From positions 384,001 through 448,000 of the forward strand of contig OZ244650.1 in the NCBI GenBank assembly GCA_965218785.1: a stretch of 64,000 nt of DNA. The letters are read 5' to 3'. The stretch's first letter is position 1. The number at the start of each line of letters is the position of its first letter. Of the stretch, positions 39,341-48,710 are shown in pieces. The notes beneath the pieces are model-generated. The model searched no databases. It was not told the DNA's origin and saw nothing but the letters and a program-made list of their open reading frames with translations. The stretch is from Nitrosopumilus sp. GTDB lineage: Archaea; Thermoproteota; Nitrososphaeria; Nitrososphaerales; Nitrosopumilaceae. The translations under genes were made by a program, and so were the position numbers.

Positions 39341-39721
39341 CTAGAGATCTATTTTTCTGCTATTTGTGAGCAGGCTGGATGATCTCATAAATACTGCCTT
39401 TACAGTCTTGCATTCCTTGCCGCAATCCTCATCATCCATATTTACAACCGGTAATCCTGCTGTTTTTTTAGACAAAATTGACCTTGCCAACGGAATTAAC
39501 GCCGCCCTGCCTCCATATGCCGCTTTCTTATCTACAAACCAGAACATCTCCAAAGCAGACTCGTCTAGTATCTCGTCTCTGATCTTTTTGCCAAGTTCTG
39601 AATAATGCCCCACCATCGCAATCCTGTCTCTGGCAAGAAAACCTACGAATCTTGCAAATTTCATGCACAGGTAACACTGATTGTCAAAAACCACGATCGG
39701 GGTAATCTCTTTTATTTCCAC
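39341..39721 (-). CDS. DCC1-like thiol-disulfide oxidoreductase family protein
   Basis: N-terminal VFDNQCYLC (DxxCxxC). Confidence 0.75.
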   Translation of the reverse strand: MEIKEITPIVVFDNQCYLCMKFARFVGFLARDRIAMVGHYSELGKKIRDEILDESALEMFWFVDKKAAYGGRAALIPLARSILSKKTAGLPVVNMDDEDCGKECKTVKAVFMRSSSLLTNSRKIDL

Positions 39722-39797
39722 GATATCTCACAGCAGCGATCAAATTAAAATTTTACAGAAATAGATTTTTATTCAATTTACAAGGACAACGATCAAG

Positions 39798-41468
39798 ATG
39801 GGGCTTAACTATTATCAAACCAAGAAAAACATCCTTCGAGCCCGTAAACTAGTCATCAGGGGGACAAATACTGCCGGTTCTGGCCATCCTGGGGGCTCTT
39901 TTTCCATGGCCGAGATTCTGGGCTGTTTATTTGGAAAGCATCTGAAATTTGACCCCAAAAACCCCCAGTGGGAGGACAGGGATCGTCTGGTTTTATCCAA
40001 GGGCCATGCGGCACCTGGACTGTTTTCCAATATGGCAGTCGCAGGATACTTTCCAGAATCTGATATTGAGACTCTGAGAAAATTTGGCAGTAAATTACAG
40101 GGACATCCTGATCTAAAGTGTCCCGGTGTGGAATTTTGCGGAGGCTCTCTGGGTACCGGATTGTCCTTTTCTATAGGAATTGCACTTGCTGGCAGGCTTG
40201 ACTCAAAGGACTATCATGTGTATACTGTCATAGGTGATGGCGAGTCTAACGAGGGGCAGATTTGGGAGGCTGCAATGACGGCTTCAAAATACAAGGTTGA
40301 CAATCTCACCGTCTTTCTTGATAGAAACTTCATTCAACAGGATTCATACACTGAAAAGATAATGCCTCTGGATGAAAAATTAGAAGGCGATGATCTCTCT
40401 GAAATGTGGAGGGACGCATCCCGCTGGAGAACAGGTGATAAGTGGAGATCATTTGGCTGGAACGTACTTGAAATTGACGGACATAGGATTGAACAAATTG
40501 ACGCTGCAATTGCAAAGGCAAACACAGTCAAGGGAGTGCCGACTATGATAATATCCCGTACAATCAAAGGCAAATCCATAGAACACATGGAAGACAATCC
40601 ACAGTGGCATGGAAAGGCGCCGGATTCTGACGTGGTTCCAATAATTAATCTCGAGCTAGATTCGCAATTTATGATTGCCCCGTCCATAATTGCCGGTGAC
40701 ATGACAAACCTGGAAAATGAAGTTAAAAGATGCGTCTCTGGCAGGGCCGATTACATTCATCTTGATGTGATGGACGGTCAATTTGTCCCAGACAAAACCT
40801 TTGATCATGCGAAAATCAAGGAACTGCGATCCCTTACTGTGATCCCCTTTGATTCCCATCTGATGATAAACGAACCCGTAAGACATGTCAGGGACTATGT
40901 TGATGCAGGCAGTGACATCATTACAGTACATGCCGAAGTAACTGATGAATCCAGTTTTGGAGAGATTCATGACATACTAAAACAAAACCAAGTCGGCATC
41001 GGATTTGCGATAAATCCTGACACTGATCTGCCTTTATGGTCATACAAATTCCTAGACTCCATTGATCAACTAATCGTCATGTCCGTCGTGCCTGGAAGAT
41101 CCGGTCAAAAATACATTGAAGAGACACATGCAAAAATGGCCAGACTAGATTCGATTCTAAAAGAGCATAATTTTTCAGGCTGTATCGAGGCTGACGGCGG
41201 TGTAAATCTTGAAAATATAGGCTCTATATTTGCCGATGGTGCCCGTGCGTTTGTTGGAGGCGGTGCCATTATAGGACAGCAGGATGTCCGGATGGCAATC
41301 AAGGATTTCAGATCCGAGGTTTTAAAATCCAGAAGACGCATCCTACTTGATTTGGCCGATGAGCTGGGGGGAATAGATTTGGTAAACAAATGGATTAGTC
41401 TGCATGTCGTAGGGGCAAAACAAGAACAAATCAAAAAGATTGCACAGGAGGCAGGATACATTGAGTGA
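39798..41468 (+). CDS. Transketolase N-terminal subunit fused to ribulose-5-phosphate 3-epimerase
   Basis: SGHPGG, LSKGHA, GDGE..EG (ThDP), then IAPSI, HLDVMDGQFVP, DSHLMI, MSVVPG, DGGVN. Confidence 0.93.
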   Translation: MGLNYYQTKKNILRARKLVIRGTNTAGSGHPGGSFSMAEILGCLFGKHLKFDPKNPQWEDRDRLVLSKGHAAPGLFSNMAVAGYFPESDIETLRKFGSKLQGHPDLKCPGVEFCGGSLGTGLSFSIGIALAGRLDSKDYHVYTVIGDGESNEGQIWEAAMTASKYKVDNLTVFLDRNFIQQDSYTEKIMPLDEKLEGDDLSEMWRDASRWRTGDKWRSFGWNVLEIDGHRIEQIDAAIAKANTVKGVPTMIISRTIKGKSIEHMEDNPQWHGKAPDSDVVPIINLELDSQFMIAPSIIAGDMTNLENEVKRCVSGRADYIHLDVMDGQFVPDKTFDHAKIKELRSLTVIPFDSHLMINEPVRHVRDYVDAGSDIITVHAEVTDESSFGEIHDILKQNQVGIGFAINPDTDLPLWSYKFLDSIDQLIVMSVVPGRSGQKYIEETHAKMARLDSILKEHNFSGCIEADGGVNLENIGSIFADGARAFVGGGAIIGQQDVRMAIKDFRSEVLKSRRRILLDLADELGGIDLVNKWISLHVVGAKQEQIKKIAQEAGYIE

Positions 41469-42435
41469 GCCGGTAATGACTGATATGCGTTCAGAATATT
41501 CCAAATCCCTGATTCAGATAGGAGGGGAGAATCCAGACGTCGTAGTCTTGGGTGCTGATACTACTGACTCCCTGAAGACTTCGGGTTTTGGCAGGAAATT
41601 TCCTGACAGGTTCTTTAATGTGGGCATCGCCGAAGGAAACCTGGTTACCGTTTCTGCCGGATTGGCAGCTTCAGGAAAGGTTTCCTTTGCAAGTACTTAT
41701 GCGATATTTCTGCCGGGAAGGGCAGTCGATCAAATTCGGAATAACATTGCATATCCGTCACCGCCTGGAAGAAACGGCCTTAATGTAAAATTAGTCGTCT
41801 CCCATGGCGGATTATCAGTCGGACCTGATGGCGGCTCACACCAGCAGCTTGAAGATATAGCAATAATGAGGGCGATTCCAAACTTCCGGGTGTTCATTCC
41901 AGCTGATACGGTTGCCGTCTCTAGACTGACACGTCTGATGGCAGATGAGTATGGCCCGTTTTACATGAGGATGGCAAGATCCAAGACCCCGCTGATCCAT
42001 TTGGAATCCCAGGATTTCCGGATTGGCAGGGGCATCACATTAAGGGATGGCTCTGATTGCACGATTGCCGCATGTGGAATTACAGTTGGGATGGCCCTAG
42101 AAGCGGCCGAATTACTACAACGGGAGGGGATCTCATGCAGGGTCTTGGACATGTTTTCAATAAAGCCAATTGACAATGAACTTTTAGAAAAGGCCGCAAG
42201 GGAGACGGGTTGCATGGTTACCGCTGAGGAACATAATGTTTTCGGAGGCATGGGCTCTGCAGTTGCAGAATCGGTTTCCGAATCATATCCCGTGCCGATA
42301 AAACGAATCGGCGTCCAGGATATGTTCGGAGAATCTGCCCGGGATGACGAAATTTCACTATTGCTAGAAAAGCATGGCATAACATCCTTTAATATGGTAA
42401 AACAAGTCAAAGAACTTGGGAGCAAAAAACTATGA
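41461..42435 (+). CDS. Transketolase C-terminal subunit
   Basis: NVGIAEGN, GPDGGSHQ, TAEEHNVFGGMG. Confidence 0.93.
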   Translation: MSEPVMTDMRSEYSKSLIQIGGENPDVVVLGADTTDSLKTSGFGRKFPDRFFNVGIAEGNLVTVSAGLAASGKVSFASTYAIFLPGRAVDQIRNNIAYPSPPGRNGLNVKLVVSHGGLSVGPDGGSHQQLEDIAIMRAIPNFRVFIPADTVAVSRLTRLMADEYGPFYMRMARSKTPLIHLESQDFRIGRGITLRDGSDCTIAACGITVGMALEAAELLQREGISCRVLDMFSIKPIDNELLEKAARETGCMVTAEEHNVFGGMGSAVAESVSESYPVPIKRIGVQDMFGESARDDEISLLLEKHGITSFNMVKQVKELGSKKL

Positions 42436-43097
42436 AGATTTTTCTTGATACTGCAAATCTGGAATCCATTAGAAAGTTCAATGATATGGGACTGCTTGAT
42501 GGGATTACGACCAACCCCTCTTTACTCTCAAAAGAAAAAGGCAATCCCAGAGATGCGATGCAAGAGATTGCAAAAATTATCAAAGGCGATGTAAGTCTTG
42601 AAGTCATTAGTACGGAATATTCTGCAATGATCGAAGAGGGAAAACGTCTACGTCAATACGGTGATAACGTTGTTGTCAAAGTTCCCATGACTCCTGACGG
42701 TTTGAAGGCATGCAAATCCCTCTCCTCTGAAGGAATTCCCGTCAATGTTACCCTGATATTTTCTCCAAACCAAGCTTTGCTTGCCGCAAAATCCGGAGCA
42801 AAGTATGTCAGCCCATTTATTGGCAGACTAGATGACATTGGTCAGGACGGCATGCACCTGATTAAAGAGATTAAAGAAATATTTTCTAATTATGACTTTC
42901 AGACAGAGATACTTGTGGCAAGTGTCCGTCATCCGGTGCACGTAGTTGATGCTGCAAAGATCGGGGCAGACGTGGTAACCCTGCCTCCTGCCGTATTAGA
43001 CAAGATGCTGCAGCACCCATTGACAGAAAAGGGATTAGAAAACTTTCTTGCCGACTGGGAAAAACTCAGAGCCAGCAATCCTGATATCAAAACTTGA
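42432..43097 (+). CDS. tal: Transaldolase (TalC/FSA type)
   Basis: FLDTAN, GITTNPS, VVVKVP, SPFIGRLDD. Confidence 0.94.
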   Translation: MKIFLDTANLESIRKFNDMGLLDGITTNPSLLSKEKGNPRDAMQEIAKIIKGDVSLEVISTEYSAMIEEGKRLRQYGDNVVVKVPMTPDGLKACKSLSSEGIPVNVTLIFSPNQALLAAKSGAKYVSPFIGRLDDIGQDGMHLIKEIKEIFSNYDFQTEILVASVRHPVHVVDAAKIGADVVTLPPAVLDKMLQHPLTEKGLENFLADWEKLRASNPDIKT

Positions 43098-43166
43098 TAA
43101 AATCAACTAGAATTTTAGATGATAACATCTAGGAAAATCTTAAAAATGAAAAATTGAGTTGCCCTT

Positions 43167-43421
43167 CTAGGATTTTTTTCTAGAAGCGGTTCCTCTGCCT
43201 GAAACTCTGGTTCCCGTGTATGTTGGTCTCTTTTTTGGTTCGGGGGTGTCGCTGAGTTTCCTTCTGCCGGTTCCTCTGCCAGATGAGACATATGTGCCCT
43301 TTGCTGCAGTTTTTCTTGCTTCTTGAATTTTCTTAAATTCTGCACCGGTCCATTTTGAGGCATCACTATCAACCTCTATGGTTCCCGTACCTCTTCCGGT
43401 TCGTATTTTTATTTTGACCAT
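43167..43421 (-). CDS. Small basic protein with three GRGT motifs
   Basis: 84 aa, K/R-rich; fills the tal-corA gap on the corA strand. Confidence 0.65.
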   Translation of the reverse strand: MVKIKIRTGRGTGTIEVDSDASKWTGAEFKKIQEARKTAAKGTYVSSGRGTGRRKLSDTPEPKKRPTYTGTRVSGRGTASRKKS

Positions 43422-43445
43422 AAGTTAGGTTGAATCTGCTTGTAT

Positions 43446-44468
43446 TTAACTACTAATCCATCCAAGCTTTTTAAAATATACAAACATAATGATTGCCGGA
43501 ATCGCAGATGCAAGAATGACAATTATGAACGTTGTATATGATCCCAGAAACATCCAATCCCCCCCTGCGATCACAGGCAAATTGACATTCATTCCATAAA
43601 ATGTTCCAATCACCGTTGATGGGATTGCCAGTGTGAAGATAATAGTTAATAAGCCAAGTACTTTGTTTGTTTTTTCGGTACTTAATACAAAATCCGTATC
43701 CTTGTAAATTTCCATAGTCTCCCTTGATTCCTCCAACGTTTCAATTATCTTCTCTATGTGATCAATTACATCATCAAAATACAATCCAAGTTCCTCATCC
43801 TCATTCTCTGAAAACCTCTTGACGTTTTTTGCAATCTCTAGGACAAACTTTTTTAATGGATTTGCTATTCTTCTTAACCTGTTAATCTCCCTTCTAAGCA
43901 GGGCGATACTTCTTGCTACCGGTTTTGTTTCATCAAAGACCCTGTCCTCCATTTCATCCAAATTGGCAATAATCTTTCTCGAAGTATGCAGAAGATCATC
44001 TACAAGCACATCAATAATTTCATGAAGTAATGATCCGGCGGATTCACCTAACAGCCTGTCTTTTTTTTGCTGGTCTGTATCTGTTTTACATATTTCTGCC
44101 AATTCGACCAGGGGTTTCAGATCTCCATGATGTACAGTAACTATGAAATCCTTGCCAAGAAATATGGACAGCTGGCTGTTTTTTGATATTCCTATCTTCT
44201 GTGACAATGGTGGAAAGTGCAAAATTACAAAGAAATGATCATCATAACTATCCAATTTTGGAAGTTCAAATTTGGTCATGCAGTCTTCTATGTTTAATTC
44301 ATTAAAATTGAATTTTTCAGCTAGTTTTTCAACATCAGTTCTGTCCGGATTTTGCAAATTCATCCATGTAAATTTCCCCCCCTGAATGATCTCCGTCTTT
44401 CTTTCAATAGGATTCTCTATTAATTTTCTACTCGAACGTAATCTTTTGGTGATGAATCCCTTTCTCAA
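43446..44468 (-). CDS. corA: CorA Mg2+/Co2+ transporter
   Basis: YGMNV signature and two C-terminal TM helices. Confidence 0.93.
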   Translation of the reverse strand: MRKGFITKRLRSSRKLIENPIERKTEIIQGGKFTWMNLQNPDRTDVEKLAEKFNFNELNIEDCMTKFELPKLDSYDDHFFVILHFPPLSQKIGISKNSQLSIFLGKDFIVTVHHGDLKPLVELAEICKTDTDQQKKDRLLGESAGSLLHEIIDVLVDDLLHTSRKIIANLDEMEDRVFDETKPVARSIALLRREINRLRRIANPLKKFVLEIAKNVKRFSENEDEELGLYFDDVIDHIEKIIETLEESRETMEIYKDTDFVLSTEKTNKVLGLLTIIFTLAIPSTVIGTFYGMNVNLPVIAGGDWMFLGSYTTFIIVILASAIPAIIMFVYFKKLGWISS

Positions 44469-44828
44469 GTCGTAAAATACTCTAACACAGCAAATTTAAA
44501 GCGATCGTTGTTGTCATATGTAAAAATTATCACCAAGTCACAAGATTGAAGAACATTATTGAATTGAGGCCCTACTTGAATGGAAGTAAATAATTCATTC
44601 CGACCCACGTCAGTCCAAGAGCTATAGCCATTGCAAGCCACCAATGCCGCATACATGAAATCCAAACTAGTTAATAATAAATCTACACTCTGATTTGCGT
44701 TGTCTGCAAATTTATAAAAATCACCAATTACGCGGCATCATAACCCATTCATATCCTTGGATTCCATGCCCTCTGATTCTTCTCAAAAGTTAAAGATTAT
44801 TACAGGATGAGTAATTTTTCTTTTTTGT

Positions 44829-44901
44829 GGCCCTCGTAGTACAGTGGTTAGTATAGAGGATTGTGGATCCTCGGACAGGAGTTCGATTCCCCTCGAGGGC
44901 C
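44829..44901 (+). tRNA. tRNA-His(GTG) with encoded G-1
   Basis: G-GCCCTCG/CGAGGGC-C; anticodon arm GAGGA-TTGTGGA-TCCTC; one A-C mismatch in the T stem. Confidence 0.93.
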
Positions 44902-44909
44902 CTTACAAA

Positions 44910-45029
44910 CTACTTTGCCTCTTCCTCGCATACATATTCTGAGTTAAAAGCTTGATTCCAAGAAAAGTATGGGAATCCATGCCCGATAGCATCATTGATG
45001 CTAAGATCTTCTTTAATTCTAAATGCCAT
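44910..45029 (-). CDS. Putative 39-aa protein
   Basis: MAFRIKEDLSINDAIGHGFPYFSWNQAFNSEYVCEEEAK preceded by a GGTGA SD-like motif. Confidence 0.3.
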   Translation of the reverse strand: MAFRIKEDLSINDAIGHGFPYFSWNQAFNSEYVCEEEAK

Positions 45030-45169
45030 AATTCACCAAAAAAAGTGTCATTTTGTAGATGGATATCTCAAGTTCCCATCTTTGTACAGGAATAATTTTG
45101 AAGATATCTCATCTTTCACATATTTTTTAAAAATACCATATGCGAGTGTCTAGTCATGTAAAACTAACT

Positions 45170-45448
45170 TTAGTTTTCGATTTCTTTTTCTACTGATTCT
45201 GGAAAACTGGCTTGTTTTATTCCTAGGTCCTCTTGCATATTTTTTATTTTTACTGTAATTTCTTTCATCATGATAAAATCACCTTCTAATTTTGCCCGTT
45301 TATACAAAACCCAATTTTCTTTTAATTCATTCCATATTTTTATTACTGATTCTTCTGATTTTGCTGGTTTTGGGCTTTGAAATTTTAACATAATTTTATT
45401 TTCATAATGCTTAGTAGATCTATGGTGTAAGATTTGATTTAGTTTCAA
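45170..45448 (-). CDS. Hypothetical helical protein, possibly the 3' remnant of a longer gene
   Basis: Protein-like amphipathic WNELKENWVLYKRAKLEGD segment; start uncertain. Confidence 0.5.
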   Translation of the reverse strand: MKLNQILHHRSTKHYENKIMLKFQSPKPAKSEESVIKIWNELKENWVLYKRAKLEGDFIMMKEITVKIKNMQEDLGIKQASFPESVEKEIEN

Positions 45449-45987
45449 GTCAATTTCATGTCATTTTTGAATTATTCTTTTTTTAACATTAATTGAGGCT
45501 GTTTTTTACTATTTCTGGCTAATTGCATGCCTGTCCCAATCTAACGTTTTTTCAAAATGTCATATTGGTTTTTTAATCGATTCATTTCTCCTAATGAATC
45601 CCTTGTATGTTAAAGCCTGTAATGATTTGCCATTTATTTCCAATGGAGTAAACCTCTCTAAATAAGAACACTGTTTGATTGACCTCATTTGTTTCTCATC
45701 TCCCGCGTGATAAAAATCCCCGAGTCGCATATTGTGCCGAGTGAATCTGGAGTGACTCCTCCATCTGATTATGCCCTGATGTTTTTTCCTCGCCTCGAAT
45801 TATCGAAAAAATTTTTAACTGTTTCCATAAACACCATCTGTTTTTTGCCAAAAATGGTTTTCTTTTTTTTGAGATCTTCCTTCCATTTTTACGCCTAATT
45901 TGTTTTCACTAATGAATAATCTGTCAGGTCGTCGGTTCCCAGACATCGGATTTCACTCCTGAATTTGACTAATTACTTGTGCTGACT

Positions 45988-46593
45988 CTAACCGCTTACG
46001 ATTTGGTTGCAATTTTCACAGTATGCTAGATGTCTGGGAAATTTTCCGTCCTTCTGTGTGTTGTTTGGCACCCTTGTCAATAGCCTGTGGCCCTGCACTC
46101 TTTTCCCCCAGACATGCCAGACAAAGGGTTTGATGTTCTGGGATCTTATCAATAGCCTGTGGCCCTGCACTCTTTTCCCTTTGTCATATTTTACATAGAA
46201 CATCTTTGTCTGATGGCACAGATCACACATCATTGGTTCTTCAGGATGGGAATTCGTCACACGTTTATCATGTACTGTATTCTCATCAATCTTTGGTTTC
46301 TTCTCGACTATCCTAATAGTAGATATTTGTATCACCTGTTTTTTCAAAAATGGATGTATGAGTTTTTTCGGATCATGACCGTCCTTTATGCTGTTTTGGT
46401 ATCCGTGCAGTGATCCCAACAGCGTGCGGAATAACGGATAATCGAAATTTTCCAACTTGATTGCTTTGGCCTCTCTTTCAGCATAATCAAACATGAGTGG
46501 ATCCTGCCCGCAGTACGGACATTTTACAGTAGACATGTAGGATTCGTCAAACCAGTCAAGACACACAGAGCAATACATTGTGAAACAGCTCAC
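45988..46593 (-). CDS. Hypothetical protein with four CxxC motifs and an internal duplication
   Basis: CSVC, CPYC, CDLC, CENC; GKRVQGHRLL occurs twice. Confidence 0.65.
   Translation of the reverse strand: MSCFTMYCSVCLDWFDESYMSTVKCPYCGQDPLMFDYAEREAKAIKLENFDYPLFRTLLGSLHGYQNSIKDGHDPKKLIHPFLKKQVIQISTIRIVEKKPKIDENTVHDKRVTNSHPEEPMMCDLCHQTKMFYVKYDKGKRVQGHRLLIRSQNIKPFVWHVWGKRVQGHRLLTRVPNNTQKDGKFPRHLAYCENCNQIVSG
46077..46179. repeat. 31-bp perfect direct repeat with a 41-bp spacer
   Basis: TCAATAGCCTGTGGCCCTGCACTCTTTTCCC at 46077-46107 and 46149-46179. Confidence 0.92.
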
Positions 46594-46679
46594 CCTAGAC
46601 CATTAAAATGAATTGTAGCTAGGTTGAAAAGTGCCGGCCTTGAACTAGACAAATCACTTGGAGGATCCTTACATTTTAA

Positions 46680-47027
46680 TTAAAAAACACCAAATTTGCT
46701 AGACTCCATCTCTTCTTTGATGGCAAGCTTGAATCGCGGGGATCTGCTCTCCGTATTCTTCATTAACCATGCAAGAAATTTCTTTTCCATTCCCTTCCCC
46801 ACCAGTCTGTCAAAATCAGCCCCCATCATTTCAGCCAATTTTTCAACCAGCGATTTGTTTACACTTAGCACAAAAAAATGCCAGCCAAAAGCAAATTCCG
46901 AGTCAGTCATGGCAAAATCATCCTGGCTGTGAACCATCTCCTCTAAAAGAGACATCTGGTGTGTTAGCACCTTGCTTGTTTTATCATAGTCTATTGCAGA
47001 TACATTGATGTTAATTCTCTCCTCCAT
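46680..47027 (-). CDS. Hypothetical protein
   Basis: MEERININ...EFAFGWHFF; same strand and closely spaced with the upstream methyltransferase. Confidence 0.7.
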   Translation of the reverse strand: MEERININVSAIDYDKTSKVLTHQMSLLEEMVHSQDDFAMTDSEFAFGWHFFVLSVNKSLVEKLAEMMGADFDRLVGKGMEKKFLAWLMKNTESRSPRFKLAIKEEMESSKFGVF

Positions 47028-47058
47028 GCTTGTCTCATGTAAAAATGAAATAAAAAGA

Positions 47059-47844
47059 TTATACAGATTCTTCCTCCAAAAGATGTCCAAAATCTATATC
47101 AAAATGCATTTTCATTATGTTGATGTACGTCTGAATTGATTCGGGGATTTGATTGCCACATGCGACTCCTAATTTTTTTGCATTAATCCAAATTACCAAC
47201 GTCTGTATGATTGTCAAAAATCTGTCATTGCTGATCTCCGGGGATCCGATCGATTTTGTATATCTTTCGGCAAATTCCCACGCTGTCACAAAATCTACGC
47301 ATTTTACACCAAAAACCGATAGCAGTTGTTCTTGCATGCTTGATGCCTTTTTGAATGGTATCTTGTTGATGATATATGGAAAACTTACCTTCTCTGGAAT
47401 GCAATCCGGAAGAGGCCCCCAAATCGTAATTATTTTTGTCTCCGGTTTTAATCTTTCAAACTTTTCAAGCATCTGACTGATTACATCCTCGTCTGTAAAC
47501 CAAAACAAAATTACCGAAGCATCTGACAGGTCCACCTCTTCAATATTTTTACAGATTAACTGTCCTTCAATACCTCTCTCTTCAAGACTGTTTTTTGCAA
47601 GTTGAATTTTTTCAGGATTGTTATCTACCCCGACGGCTTTTTTCACATTGAACTTTTCTACTGCCATCTCGATTCCCTTTTCGTTACCGCAACCTAGATG
47701 ATAAAAAACATCATCTTCTCCCAAGTCTGCGAATTTAAAAATTTCATTAAATGCCCTTTCAGGCAACTGCACATCCTCGCCACTAAGCAGATTTTTTGGA
47801 AGCGTTTTCAGATACTCTTCAATCTTCAATAATGCATTTTCCAC
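47059..47844 (-). CDS. Class I SAM-dependent methyltransferase-like protein (DOT1-like N-terminal domain)
   Basis: DDVFYHLGCG, AVGVD, DLSDASVILFW. Confidence 0.78.
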   Translation of the reverse strand: MENALLKIEEYLKTLPKNLLSGEDVQLPERAFNEIFKFADLGEDDVFYHLGCGNEKGIEMAVEKFNVKKAVGVDNNPEKIQLAKNSLEERGIEGQLICKNIEEVDLSDASVILFWFTDEDVISQMLEKFERLKPETKIITIWGPLPDCIPEKVSFPYIINKIPFKKASSMQEQLLSVFGVKCVDFVTAWEFAERYTKSIGSPEISNDRFLTIIQTLVIWINAKKLGVACGNQIPESIQTYINIMKMHFDIDFGHLLEEESV

Positions 47845-47854
47845 TATGGGGGAT

Positions 47855-48124
47855 TTATTCCCTTATGCTTTCCAGTTTTGAAACTGCCTGCCACAGCTGC
47901 GTTCTTACGTATGAAGGCATGTTGGGATCTTGTGTTACATCATCTAGCAGACTAATTGTATTTGCGGCCCTTACTGATAGGGAATATTCCTCGCTACTCA
48001 AGTCTGTAATCAAATCTGTAATTGATTTTTTTATTGTTTTTGGAGTGGAACTGCTCAAAGTAATCTGGTTTAGTGTCTCAATTGCCTCTCTCATCGATTC
48101 CTTATTTTGATTATCGTCTACCAT
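47855..48124 (-). CDS. UPF0147 family protein
   Basis: TPKTIK, VRAANTISLLDDVTQDPNMPSYVRT. Confidence 0.88.
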   Translation of the reverse strand: MVDDNQNKESMREAIETLNQITLSSSTPKTIKKSITDLITDLSSEEYSLSVRAANTISLLDDVTQDPNMPSYVRTQLWQAVSKLESIRE

Positions 48125-48352
48125 TTTTTCCACATTTTCTTAAATATTAGAAGTATATAGTTTCTTACTAGTAAAAATATAACGCCGTGTGTGGCATTTT
48201 AACATTGATGATAACTGACCCGGATTACGTGATTATCTGATTCAGCGGTCTAAAAACTGCATTCTGTCTGTGTCTAGTATGATCTGCCTTACAGATGACA
48301 TTATTGATCAGCCCGCCAAGACCAAAAAATAATCTAAAATTAAGACTGAAAA

Positions 48353-48661
48353 TCATATATTCAGAAACACGTTATCTGATTCTATTACGATGTCATATGA
48401 TGTCAAATCCCTAATTTTTGCCGGGAATTTGACCAAGCTTCCAGTTTTGCAGTCAAACTGGGCTCCGTGCCAACCACATGTGATTGTACATCCATCTAGC
48501 TTTCCCTCAGACAAGCTTGATCCTGAATGTGTGCACGAATCATCTGTTGCATAATATTTACCGTCAATATTTGCAACTAGGATGTCTCGTCCATCAACGG
48601 ATGCCTTTATCATTTTTCCAGGTGTGATATCTGATGTCTTGCCGATGACGACCTTTCCCAT
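48353..48661 (-). CDS. Rieske-type [2Fe-2S] ferredoxin
   Basis: CTH...CGWHGAQFD. Confidence 0.92.
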   Translation of the reverse strand: MGKVVIGKTSDITPGKMIKASVDGRDILVANIDGKYYATDDSCTHSGSSLSEGKLDGCTITCGWHGAQFDCKTGSLVKFPAKIRDLTSYDIVIESDNVFLNI

Positions 48662-48710
48662 GATGTTTTTATCTGATGGCTCTTAATATTTTTTTGTATA
48701 GGATGAAAGC

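Larger units (their letters stand above)
44902..46673. mobile_element. Putative decayed island integrated at the tRNA-His 3' end
   Basis: Run of short or broken minus-strand ORFs with no housekeeping motifs; 46651-46673 matches 44885-44907 at 16/23 ungapped; no integrase seen. Confidence 0.35.

Noticed and set aside
44759-44984. GGATTCCATGCCC / GGAATCCATGCCC flanking tRNA-His
   Set aside because: 12/13 match only, with no supporting structure.
28378-45589. 18-nt inverted match AGAAATGAATCGATTAAA (EMNRLK) between two accessory regions
   Set aside because: Short and AT-rich, with no flanking similarity; compatible with chance in 64 kb.
46077-46179. CRISPR-like repeat-spacer-repeat geometry
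   Set aside because: Only two units, in frame within an ORF, not palindromic, and no cas genes or leader in the window.
48205-48240. C/D-box-like words TGATGA..CTGA..GTGATTA..CTGA
   Set aside because: Box C to D spacing is 1-3 nt, leaving no guide regions.
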